Source: an uncultured Flavobacteriaceae bacterium (GTDB lineage: Bacteria > Bacteroidota > Bacteroidia > Flavobacteriales > Flavobacteriaceae). From it: 35,103 nt of DNA. The translations under genes were made by a program, and so were the position numbers. The notes beneath the pieces were generated by a model, which did not search any database, had not been told where the DNA came from, and saw only the letters and a program-made list of their open reading frames with translations. The DNA is taken from the NCBI GenBank assembly GCA_964589085.1, contig CAZPTJ010000002.1, forward strand, positions 1 to 35,103. Reading direction: 5' to 3'. Shown here piece by piece: positions 18,175 through 28,800 of the stretch (within the stretch, counting starts at the first letter, position 1; the number at the start of each line of letters is the position of its first letter).

Positions 18175-18638
18175 GCGATATATATAAAAAAACCAAATCC
18201 TTTTTAGGAACAGGATGGGGATTTCCTCCCACATTTAATGAGGAGCCATTGGTCGGTATTGAGATGTCAGAAAATGAAATAGATATCAAAGAATCTCTGG
18301 AAATCTTATTAAATACAAATCCAGGAGAACGCATTATGTTACCCGAATATGGATGCGAACTCCAGAAATATGTTTTTGACGTCATCTCAAATACCAGATT
18401 GCATTATCTGAAGAATATAATTCGAACAGCCATAGTCAAATATGAACCCAGGATTGTTGTCAATAATATCCTGATTAATAAAGAAGAATATCTGGATGGT
18501 ATTATAAGAGTCATTATTAAATACACCATTAAATCTAATAACACACGATTCAATCTCGTATTTCCATACTATAAACAGGAGGGAACCGACATCCCAGCAC
18601 TTTTTCATAAACATGTCACGCAAACCATGGAGCGTTAA
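18171..18638 (+). CDS. Baseplate gp25/GPW protein (Afp9-like)
   Basis: FLGTGWGFPPTF, ILLNTNPGERIMLPEYGC, YEPRI, NLVFPYY. Confidence 0.95.
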   Translation: MSDIYKKTKSFLGTGWGFPPTFNEEPLVGIEMSENEIDIKESLEILLNTNPGERIMLPEYGCELQKYVFDVISNTRLHYLKNIIRTAIVKYEPRIVVNNILINKEEYLDGIIRVIIKYTIKSNNTRFNLVFPYYKQEGTDIPALFHKHVTQTMER

Positions 18639-18643
18639 TACGT

Positions 18644-21600
18644 ATGAAGCATAGTATTACACATAAAATAGGAATTGAAAAAAGGAATGGAACGATCCAA
18701 AGCAAACGCCTTGCAGAATATTTATTGGACAGTACATTTCGCATAGATGATCGTGCTCCCTGGGATGTGTTAAGCTATATAGCATCCTATCTGGAACATG
18801 TAAATTATTACTCCATTGATGATCGTATTGAAGGAAACTGGAGAAAATATGTAGAAAAGGATGTAATCATTTTTCTAGCATCCATTATAGATTATCCTAC
18901 AGACGATATAGATGATTTGATTCGGAATTATGATTATAAAAAAGTAAAGGATGATTCTACACGCAGAAAAATCATTCTCATTTTGGGTCAATGGTGGAAA
19001 AAAATCCATGAATGGTCCAGGAATCTCGAAAAACTTGATGAAAAAAACCTTGCTGATAAAATAAAGAAGAGCCTCGTAAACGGAATCATGTTTAATAGGG
19101 ATTATATCTTAGAATTGGGGGAAGGAAAGATTGATATGGCAAACCTCCAGAATGCAGCAAAAAATGCTAGTAATATTGGAGCTATTCTGGATGAGATACT
19201 CCACGACTTTCAAAAAGCCATAGCTCATATTAAGGAGATTGCTAAAAATCATTTTAAAGAGTATGTGATTTCAAAAGCTGATGATCAGGATAATCACCTT
19301 CCTCATAATGCTATGTATATCGCATTTGCCCTATTGTTCAGAGAGGTACAGGGAAAGTTAAATGAACTGTCTAAAAGACACCTCGATTTTTATTATAAAG
19401 ATATTTTAAATCAAAAACACGATAAAGGTCGCCCCGTAAGAGCGATCGTTAATTTTGATTTGCAACCTGCTGTCAAAGGAACAGTAATTCCTAAGGGAAC
19501 ACGTCTTTCTGCCGGTAAAGCAATGGGTAATGATGCGGAGATTATTTTTGAAACCAGTAAAAATTTAAGAGCGTATCCCTGTGAACTGGTTAATATCCAA
19601 ACATTATTTATTAATTCAAACAAATACATTGAAGTTGGCACAACCCATCCTATAATATCATCGGTTACCTATAATAAGCTTATGAGTTATAGCGAAGAAC
19701 TCATATCGCGTGATCAATGGTATGTATTTGGGGCCAATAAAAAGACGATACTCGATGGCGAAATAGATGAGAGTAGAACAGGGAAGTTAGGTTTTATTAT
19801 AGGAAGTCCAGTACTGTTTTTAAGCGAAGGAAGACGAGAAATAACTATAGACTTTCATCTGGAAGAAACCACTTCAAAAGCCATATTATGGAAACTCCTT
19901 CATGAAATAAAATGTCATAAAGACTATGCCTTGAATGCTGTAGTATCCATGGTTTTTGATCAGGCATTTATCATTTCTTATACCAACAAAAAAGGTTGGA
20001 TACCCTGTGAAGAATATAGTATAGAATGTGATGAACTTCAAAATTGCTTTACCATAAAAGTACTTTTGGATATGACAGATCCGGCTATGGAAACAGGGGT
20101 CAACATAGAAGAAGAATTAAGCTGGCCATCTGTAAAAGTTGAACTTAATGAGTTTGCTCCAATATATGTGTATTCGTTCTTTAAAGAAGTCGAGATTGAA
20201 ACCATAGCTATTGATGTAGAGGTTCAGGAGATGAAAAACCTTTCACTCTACAATAATATAAGCAAGATTCCTCTGGGAAAACCTATAGAACTTTTTGGTC
20301 CTGAACCCAAAAAAGGAGCCTATATGATGTTAGGACATAGTGAACTATTTAAAAAACATATCGAAGATGTCACTGTGCGAATAGATTGGGATAATATCCC
20401 GTCAGACTATGGAGGTTTTGAAACCTATTACGATAGATATAATGCCGGCATAGATAACACAACCTTTCAAATTCAATTTTCTGCATTGTCCAATGGATAC
20501 TGGCTTCCGCAAAATAATGCTGATACAAATACAAAACCCCTATTCAATACTACCCATTGCATTACTCCGGAAGGATTTGATAGTGTGCAATTAGAAAAGA
20601 GCAGCACTATTGACTTTGATACCTTTAAAGAATTGTTGATTACACCGCATTATGAATTGCAGGATCCGCTGCTTTATAGTATTACTTCAGGAAGTGGGTT
20701 TATTAAGATGACCCTTACAGGTCCGGAATTTGGATTTGGTAGTGATCTTTACCAGCAAGAATTTATCGATATAGCGACCTATAATGCAAAAAATAAGAAA
20801 CAACTACCCTATCCTAACAAGCCTTTTGTCCCTAAAATAAGGGAAGTTGCCTTGAACTATAAAGCTTCTGATCGTCTGTCGTTTGTTGAGAAAATTGTAA
20901 CAAACGATAGCACAAATATGTATGAAGGAGAGTTCAAACATATTAAACCCTATATGGTTGAAGATGTGATCGTAAACCAGATGGTTAGGAAGCATACGCT
21001 GCTGGCCAATTTTACAGAAGAAGGATATCTTATTTTAGGAATAAAAGGAGCCGTGGGAGGTACAGATCTTAATATATTCTTTAATTTTTTAAGATCCAGT
21101 ACGACCACAGCCATTAAAGATAATACGCTTAACTGGGAATACTTGAGTGTGCCTAATTGGCAACCCTTTGAGCGAAGCGCCATTATACGTGATAATACAG
21201 AAGGGTTTATTAAGTCGGGCATTGTTCAACTTATTGTACCTCACCTTACTGCTAAGGAAAAAGGGAACCTAGATGATATCACATGGATCAGGGCTACCAC
21301 ACGAGAAGATGTGGAGAATTATCCCAAGATAAAAGGCATATATCTCAATGCAGTGGAAGCAAGGTGCATGGATGATGACCCCACTATTATCGGCAGAAAA
21401 ATTAAAGCAGAATCCATACATAAAATAGATGGAAAACTTCCGGATGTTAAGCGAGTTTACCAAGCAGCAGAAACCTATGCAGGGAGAATTCCTGAGATGG
21501 AAGATCAATTTTATACCAGAGTAAGTGAGCGTCTTAAACATAAGGGAAGAGCGGTGACGCTATGGGATTATGAGCGTATCATTTTGGAAAACTTTCCAGA

Positions 21601-22240
21601 CGTAAAAGTGGTAAAATGCACAAGTTTTAATGAAAGTTTTAAACCGGTGCCTGGTCACGTAAAAGTCATTGTGTTAAGCAAACGCTGGACAGATGAAGAT
21701 CCCTATTATTATAGTAAGATGGTGCTTAAACGCATGAAGGATTTTTTAAATAAAATATCCTCATCATTTATAGATATAGAAGTAATTAATCCCAGCGTAG
21801 AACGCCTTATTGTAAACTGCAACGTATTATTTAATAGGATCGATCCCGGACGCAATTACCGTCAAAAATTAAGCGAAGAGATTACAAAGTTTTTGTCTCC
21901 CATTGATACAATGACCACCAATAAAGGCGGTATTGGAGGATCAATCATGCCTTCTACGATTTCCAATTACATAGAAAACCTGCCTTATGTAAAACGTTTG
22001 GAAAAGTTTAATGTCGAGCACATCATTCGGAAGGGAACAAATACATATACGCTAGATACTCATGACAGAGAAAAAATAATAACAGCGCAAACACCCTGGT
22101 CTGTTCTGGCACCATTAAAAGGTAGACATCGCATTATGATCAGGGAAGATAGGAGCGCAATAGAAGAAGTAAACGATTTAAATGTCGGTGTGGGACTTAT
22201 GGGAGTAGGTGTAGATTTTATAATAGGAGAAGAGTTATAG
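18644..22240 (+). CDS. Baseplate wedge protein, baseplate J-like (Afp11-like)
   Basis: PHNAMYIAF, RHLDFYY, LFLSEGRREIT, FYTRVSERLKHKGRAVTLWDYERIILENFP. Confidence 0.92.
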   Translation: MKHSITHKIGIEKRNGTIQSKRLAEYLLDSTFRIDDRAPWDVLSYIASYLEHVNYYSIDDRIEGNWRKYVEKDVIIFLASIIDYPTDDIDDLIRNYDYKKVKDDSTRRKIILILGQWWKKIHEWSRNLEKLDEKNLADKIKKSLVNGIMFNRDYILELGEGKIDMANLQNAAKNASNIGAILDEILHDFQKAIAHIKEIAKNHFKEYVISKADDQDNHLPHNAMYIAFALLFREVQGKLNELSKRHLDFYYKDILNQKHDKGRPVRAIVNFDLQPAVKGTVIPKGTRLSAGKAMGNDAEIIFETSKNLRAYPCELVNIQTLFINSNKYIEVGTTHPIISSVTYNKLMSYSEELISRDQWYVFGANKKTILDGEIDESRTGKLGFIIGSPVLFLSEGRREITIDFHLEETTSKAILWKLLHEIKCHKDYALNAVVSMVFDQAFIISYTNKKGWIPCEEYSIECDELQNCFTIKVLLDMTDPAMETGVNIEEELSWPSVKVELNEFAPIYVYSFFKEVEIETIAIDVEVQEMKNLSLYNNISKIPLGKPIELFGPEPKKGAYMMLGHSELFKKHIEDVTVRIDWDNIPSDYGGFETYYDRYNAGIDNTTFQIQFSALSNGYWLPQNNADTNTKPLFNTTHCITPEGFDSVQLEKSSTIDFDTFKELLITPHYELQDPLLYSITSGSGFIKMTLTGPEFGFGSDLYQQEFIDIATYNAKNKKQLPYPNKPFVPKIREVALNYKASDRLSFVEKIVTNDSTNMYEGEFKHIKPYMVEDVIVNQMVRKHTLLANFTEEGYLILGIKGAVGGTDLNIFFNFLRSSTTTAIKDNTLNWEYLSVPNWQPFERSAIIRDNTEGFIKSGIVQLIVPHLTAKEKGNLDDITWIRATTREDVENYPKIKGIYLNAVEARCMDDDPTIIGRKIKAESIHKIDGKLPDVKRVYQAAETYAGRIPEMEDQFYTRVSERLKHKGRAVTLWDYERIILENFPDVKVVKCTSFNESFKPVPGHVKVIVLSKRWTDEDPYYYSKMVLKRMKDFLNKISSSFIDIEVINPSVERLIVNCNVLFNRIDPGRNYRQKLSEEITKFLSPIDTMTTNKGGIGGSIMPSTISNYIENLPYVKRLEKFNVEHIIRKGTNTYTLDTHDREKIITAQTPWSVLAPLKGRHRIMIREDRSAIEEVNDLNVGVGLMGVGVDFIIGEEL

Positions 22241-22252
22241 TTTTTATTTTTC

Positions 22253-22266
22253 GCTTTCGCGAAAGC
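22253..22266. repeat. REP-like palindrome core (intergenic)
   Basis: GCTTTCGCGAAAGC. Confidence 0.8.
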
Positions 22267-22282
22267 ATTAAAGGGATAGGAT

Positions 22283-23074
22283 ATGAAAAGAACAAAACCG
22301 GACAATAGGGAAACCTTAAAGAATTATTTTAAAAACGGAACCCGTCCTACCGAAGAAAATTTCAGGAGGTTGATTGATTCTATGATCAATAAGGCAGACG
22401 ATGGAATTTCAAAAAATCATGATGAAGGATTGATTCTTGCTCCAGAAGGTGAAAATTCCAATAAAACTATGAGTTTTGTGAATAGAATTGGTCAGGACCT
22501 TCCTAACTGGAGTATTGACCTAATGGATGGAGAACAAGCAGGTTTAGGAATCACACAACCTACTACAGACGATACCCATAAAACAAAATTGTTTTTTAAT
22601 GAAAATGGACGTGTCGGGATTCATACAAAAACTCCAGTCACTGAGACCGAAGTACAAGGAGTTTTAGGCATACAGGCTCGAGTTGGGACCTATAAAATAG
22701 ATACCATACCTGCAGATGGTAAATGGCATAAGGTTCTGGATAATCTTGATGGATGTAATGCTTTTGAAATTGTGGCTCAAGTTGGAAAAGCAAGTACAGG
22801 CAAGCATGCCTTATTACACGCCACGGCCATAAGTACTTTTGGGCAGTATAAGAATAGAATACGTAGAACACAAGCCTCTTATGGATGGTGGTGGTGGAAC
22901 AGACTGGCCATACGATGGGGAGGAGATTTACACAATTACCATCTTAAATTAAAAACACGATCTAATTATGGTAATGACGTTTCCATAAAATATCATATAA
23001 CAAAACTTTGGAGTCCGGATCTCATAGATTTATTCGAACAACAGGAAGATCAAATAAACGAATCCCATGTCTGA
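22283..23074 (+). CDS. Short tail-fibre/adhesin-like protein (Afp13-type N-terminus)
   Basis: N-terminal RETLKNYFKNG.RP....F..LIDS anchor-like motif; one GRVGIHTKTP...VQG fibre-type repeat; Trp-rich C-terminal domain. Confidence 0.7.
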   Translation: MKRTKPDNRETLKNYFKNGTRPTEENFRRLIDSMINKADDGISKNHDEGLILAPEGENSNKTMSFVNRIGQDLPNWSIDLMDGEQAGLGITQPTTDDTHKTKLFFNENGRVGIHTKTPVTETEVQGVLGIQARVGTYKIDTIPADGKWHKVLDNLDGCNAFEIVAQVGKASTGKHALLHATAISTFGQYKNRIRRTQASYGWWWWNRLAIRWGGDLHNYHLKLKTRSNYGNDVSIKYHITKLWSPDLIDLFEQQEDQINESHV

Positions 23075-25886
23075 AACGCTTAAAAAAGGACATATTACCA
23101 AAAAAGAAAAGGGAGCAGGAGAATTTCAGGAACTCTATCTGGAAGGAATAGAATTCCTTCAAAATCTTTCCGGAGCAAATTGGACAGATTATAATGCTCA
23201 TGATCCTGGGGTTACAATTCTTGAAAATTTAGCATATACCTTAACCAACTTATCTCATAAGGTAAGTATGCCCATACGCGATCTTTTGGCAGAATCAAAA
23301 GGAGAACAACTGGTTTCCGGAGACAATGGTTTTTTTGTGCCTTCAGAAATACTTACCACCAATCCGATTATCAAAGATGATTACAGAAAATTGCTGGTTG
23401 ATGGAGTTAAAAATGTCAAAAACGTCTGGATAAAAACCCATAGCGAGTTACAAGGAGAGGGAATTAATGATAATACTAAAGCAAACCTAAAAGGACTCTA
23501 TCATATCTATGTAGAACTCTATGACTACGACACAGATGATAAGAAAAGACATGATGAAGAAAAGCGGGTAAGAAAAAGCATTCGACAGATGTATCATATG
23601 CACCGCAACCTATGTGAAGATTTATATGAAGTTACGATTCTTGATCCTTTATATCTGGACATGACATTAGCATTAACGATCGATGCAGCCGCAGATGGAG
23701 AAGAAGTTTTTGCGCAGGTATATTATCTGGTAAATGATTATCTAACCCATGAGGGAAAATTTGAATCACTTTGGGATTTAGTAGGCGATGATCAAAGTTA
23801 TAGTTCCATATATCAGGGACCGTCACTTGACAATGGATTTTTAAAAGATAAAGAATTACAGCCCAAAAAAAATGTCATTTTTTTATCTGAAATCACAAAA
23901 ATCATAGCCGTTGTCCCGGGAGTAGTGAGTATCAATGCCTTTGAGATTAAAGAAGATTCAACATATAAGAATGCCTTTGTTGAAAAAATAAAAATTAAGG
24001 AACACAAATTTCCCAGATTACGTATTCCGCTCACTAATGATAATTTGTCTTTTAATACCGTTGATGTTCAATTGCGTCCTAATATCAGAGAGATAAAAAA
24101 GCAATATAGTAGCATTAACGCAGCCCATTACGCAAGCTTTAAAACAGTTGCACAATCTAGCACTAGAGAACCTATACCGCAAGGAGAAACATTGGGAATG
24201 GCATCCTACTATCCTATAAGAGAGCAATTTCCGCCTATTTATGGAATAGGAAAATATGGATTGCCCAAAGCCGCCTCAAAAAAAAGAAAAGCGCAAGCAA
24301 AACAACTCAAAGCGTATTTACTTCCTTTTGATCAATTAATGACCAATTTTCTGGCACAACTTACCCACTTGTATACGATTTATGATCCTAATGAATCAGG
24401 GCTTCAAACCTATTTCCATCAGCAGTTGGGCGATATGCCTGAATTAAAAGAACTGATAAAAAGAAACACAGACAATAAAAAGGAAGAGATAGAACAATGG
24501 TCCGATACCCTTATAGCACTTAATAAGCAATACGACCAGAATGCCATAAAACGATTGAATCAAGTGGCGGATAACTTACTCGCTAGATACGGTGAACAAT
24601 TTCCAACCTATGTATTACAAAAAATAAATACCAGTTGTTTTGGTAAAGCACAGGATGATCGTGAATTTGACAAGAAATTGTTGAGCTGGAAGCGAGAATT
24701 GATTTCTAATTATGGAGATTTAAGTTATAACAGAGCAAAATCATTTGATTATAGGGCACATCATAATCATGGAGATGCCTTTTTAGAAGAGGCGAAAACT
24801 CCCATACTCATTGATAAAATATCAATCCTTCTGGGGGTGCAATACCCAAAAATAAAGCGCATATCAAAATTAATCGAAGACCATGAGATAGGATTCCAGA
24901 TGTATAGTTATGAAGAGCTTAACAAGCTTGAATCAGGAGATAGACATATCATTAAAGAAGTGGTTCATAAACTTAAGGATCATGTGTTTGCATCAAAAAA
25001 GCATAATACAGATCCAACTGTAATTTTGACGGAAGGTATGTTTAGTGAAGCCTATCAAATCCTTCCACATACCACAAAGAAATCTCTTTTTAATCTTCAA
25101 TTAAAAACGGCAGAGAAACACTATAAATTGTATGAGGCAAAGTCCTTATCAGACGCAGAAAAAGCACAACAATACGCTATTGAGATTCTTAGAAAGCTCG
25201 ACGAGAAGAGTGAAGGGATTCACCTTGTTGAGCATCTTCTGTTGGCACCTCCGGTAAAAGGCAATCATTTTGGGTTTTCTTTTGTGCTTACGCTAAATGA
25301 TGGAGATGAAATACCCTTCAAGCAAGTAAGGCTACTGTCTAACAACAATCGCAACCGTCTTGTAAAATCCATACAGGAACAATTTTTACAAGGAGACGAA
25401 CTACACTTTGCACATAAGGGATCCGTAGATAATTATTGGATTGAAATACGTACAACCAAAGGAAAAGTAATAGCGAGATCAGAAAAGCACTTTAAGCATC
25501 ATCATCAGGTGCGTGAAGTAATTAAAAATATAGAGGTCAATGTTAAAGATGTCAAACTAGGTAACGTAATCTATTATTCATATTACAAAAAAGAAAAAAT
25601 AGACGAGTCTTTCTTTTCTTTTAGAATGAGCTTTGTCTTACCCTCCTGGCCCTTACGTTTTCAGAAGGATAGTTTTAGAAGACAATTCAATAATATTGTT
25701 TATGAACAGGCTCCTATACATATTCAATATCAATCCTATTGGTTAGATCTTCATGGTATTATCAACTTTGAAGACGCTTATTTTAAATGGCGCAAAGCAC
25801 TGTCAAAAGGCAATAAGGAGGAAGTGATGCACCTTGCCTATGACCTTATTAAGAAGATTAAGAAGTACCAACAGATAGACCAGTGA
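23067..25886 (+). CDS. Baseplate wedge protein (Afp12-like)
   Basis: LSGANWTDYNAHDPGVTILE, HRNLCED, QLKAYLLPFDQ, HLVEHLLL, EQAPIHI. Confidence 0.92.
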   Translation: MSETLKKGHITKKEKGAGEFQELYLEGIEFLQNLSGANWTDYNAHDPGVTILENLAYTLTNLSHKVSMPIRDLLAESKGEQLVSGDNGFFVPSEILTTNPIIKDDYRKLLVDGVKNVKNVWIKTHSELQGEGINDNTKANLKGLYHIYVELYDYDTDDKKRHDEEKRVRKSIRQMYHMHRNLCEDLYEVTILDPLYLDMTLALTIDAAADGEEVFAQVYYLVNDYLTHEGKFESLWDLVGDDQSYSSIYQGPSLDNGFLKDKELQPKKNVIFLSEITKIIAVVPGVVSINAFEIKEDSTYKNAFVEKIKIKEHKFPRLRIPLTNDNLSFNTVDVQLRPNIREIKKQYSSINAAHYASFKTVAQSSTREPIPQGETLGMASYYPIREQFPPIYGIGKYGLPKAASKKRKAQAKQLKAYLLPFDQLMTNFLAQLTHLYTIYDPNESGLQTYFHQQLGDMPELKELIKRNTDNKKEEIEQWSDTLIALNKQYDQNAIKRLNQVADNLLARYGEQFPTYVLQKINTSCFGKAQDDREFDKKLLSWKRELISNYGDLSYNRAKSFDYRAHHNHGDAFLEEAKTPILIDKISILLGVQYPKIKRISKLIEDHEIGFQMYSYEELNKLESGDRHIIKEVVHKLKDHVFASKKHNTDPTVILTEGMFSEAYQILPHTTKKSLFNLQLKTAEKHYKLYEAKSLSDAEKAQQYAIEILRKLDEKSEGIHLVEHLLLAPPVKGNHFGFSFVLTLNDGDEIPFKQVRLLSNNNRNRLVKSIQEQFLQGDELHFAHKGSVDNYWIEIRTTKGKVIARSEKHFKHHHQVREVIKNIEVNVKDVKLGNVIYYSYYKKEKIDESFFSFRMSFVLPSWPLRFQKDSFRRQFNNIVYEQAPIHIQYQSYWLDLHGIINFEDAYFKWRKALSKGNKEEVMHLAYDLIKKIKKYQQIDQ

Positions 25887-28800
25887 TCGATACGACACAT
25901 ATCATACAGGCACAAGAATATCAAATCGATCTTCAAGATGAACAGGAAGCCTATGCATTGCAATCTAATATAAGTAGTCTTCAGGAATCACAAATTAATG
26001 AAGTGCTCAATAGAGTGCTTAATGCTCATAATAATGAGGAGGCCATTTATCAATTTGATGTTATTGAGTTGGATTTAGGGACGGTATCAAAAGTCAATTA
26101 TAAAAACGAAATCGTATATCGCTTAGAAGAAGAACTGGCAAAATATTTAAGTTATGCCATTCGGGAAAATGGACAATTACGCTCTGGGAAAAACATAAGT
26201 CTTCAGGATAAAAGGATAGAAGCTCTGGCCCATTTTTTTGAGAAAGGACGTTTTGAATGGAATACAGATCGTCATATTGCTCCAGAAAAACTTTTGGAAG
26301 AATTATTACAAACGCCAACCACTGCACTATCTGTTATGCTGAAGCGTGTGGGTAAAACCCAACAGGCACGCAAGCGAATGATCTATCAATTAAACGATAC
26401 CCTTTTAACCCAAATTATAGTACTCGTTGCCAAAAAAGAAGGAGAATATATCATCGCTTACAAAGATGAGATTATTGAGCAGCAAAGGAAGAAACCTATC
26501 GTAAAAACAACGCAAAGTGGTTTTAAAAATGCCGTATGGGAAATACTACTGGCATACCTCTTTGTAGACAGTAAGGGATACTATGATAAGAAAAACTTCT
26601 TGTCACTTTTAATCAAAAAAGTAGCTGTAAAATACAATCTTGCTTTTCAAAGTCTTATAAAAACACTATCCAGAACCATTACACAGGATAAAAAATTCAG
26701 TAGTCAGCATATTGAATTTAAAAGTATCCTGATCGAATTAACTCAGGAAGATCGCGCGCAGAGAATGGAGAAACCTATTCGTCCAGAATTAGAAAAGGAA
26801 GACATAAATAAGTTCCTGAAACAACTCTCCTATTATATAGCATATGGTGTATTTGATACAACAGTTGAAATACGCTCAAAAAGAGCATTCAATGCACATT
26901 TTTTAAAAATACTTAAAAGAAAAGACGCTCAGGTTTTATTTTACCTGGATCAATGGTTAGCCGATTATTCAAAAAAAGAACGCCTACTTGGTATTGCATC
27001 AAAAACGGTGTTGGAACAGATCCTGGAAACAACAAATAATATAGCGGTCAAGAGTTGCAAAAAATTCATGACATCCATAGCAAAACACAGCGCCACTTTT
27101 TCAGACAATACCTTAATTATATATGATCAGATAAAACAACAAAGCGTCCCATTAATTTTTAGTATCGTACTCTCACCACTAGTTTTGGAGCGGGTTATAG
27201 TACAGTCGTTATTAAAAATAATCTGGCATGCCGTTAGAACTTCTCCTGAAGCATATATCCAGTTTTTACAGGAAATAAGAAAACACCTGTCACCAATACA
27301 CAAAAAGACACTAGATCAATTTGTTAAAACTTTTGATCAACACCGTGAAACTGTCGTTTTGGAGCAAATATCCAATGAAATTCAAAGGTATACTCAATAT
27401 AGGAACAGATCATTTTGGAGCTCTTGGCTGGAAGATAAAATGCCTTTATGGATCGCACAAACAAAAAAGACTCCCGAAGAGTTATTGGCTTTTATACAAT
27501 CAGATAGTAAGACTAAAAATGCATCAATAGCACTTCAACAATTCCTTAGAGATGATAAAGAATTTGAAACCACTAATAAGATCGTTCAAAATGATGCAAT
27601 AGCAGTATTGCCAGAGAAGGAAAATGTAGAACAGGGGAGTCAGACACTTGTTGAATATGTCTTGACTCATGGAAAATTTCCCTGGTGGATAAAAGAACAC
27701 TATTCCTGGAGTTCATTTAATGCAGATTATACAGAAATCTGGAAATCTCCATCGGGTAGGAAGAAGATTTTGAATATTCTGGAAAAGAATATAGATCAGA
27801 TATCTTATGCACGACTATTAGAGGACTATAATCTGTTTGAACTATGGAAAGAGTTGGATGTTTCAACAGGCAAAAATCACTCAGGCTTACTCATAGCACT
27901 TTCTCAGTATATTATAGAACAACTACTCCCCATTGGGATAAGTACTACATTCAAGTACTATCAGTATAAAGAACGTGCGCTTAAGTATCTGATGAAGGGC
28001 ACTTTTACCAAGAAACCAGAAGTGATCTTTCAGTTTTTGAAAGCATGGAGTGATGATACACAGGTGTACAAGGAAATCGCAGTTTTTGAATTATATACTG
28101 CCATTCTTGAAAAATATTTATTGGCAACTGGGGTATATGATCAATTTAAAATATGGAAGGATACTATTAGCGATAAACAGGGAATTGTCATACCATCCAG
28201 GCAGACTACATTAGAAGCATATATACAGGCACATATACCTGTCGAAAAGCATAATCTACCCATCTGGGATCAACTTCAGGAGCGTATTAAAGTTTCACCC
28301 AGGCAATTTGAAACTTTAATACAACAAGCAACCTTCAGAACATCAATAGGTACAACATTAAGTCTTACGGATATTGAGCAATTGATTTTTATGCAAATCA
28401 ATGTACAGCAACAAAAACTGTATAAAGAAGCATTACAGCATTTGGGAGAATATAGAGCATACATTAGTGCTCAGGAGTATGCAAAGGCCATGGAAATTTT
28501 TAATGAATTGTTACTCTTAAAACTGAGCACAAAGAAGATTAATCGATGGGGATTGTCACATTGGAACCATGTTATTTTTTATGTTTTAAATAAGGCCGTT
28601 GGAACACAGAAAAACAAGCGGATTATTAATAAAATATGTGAAAGATTAACTATTGATAGCAAAACATCTCATAAAACAAATCAAAATATAGTAGGGCAAT
28701 GGCAAGGATGGACAACCAAAAATATAAAAGCAAGCGAGCCGCAAGAAAAGGAGAGCGTTGTCAAGGAATTTTCGAATCCCATATTGCAGATTGTAGAACC

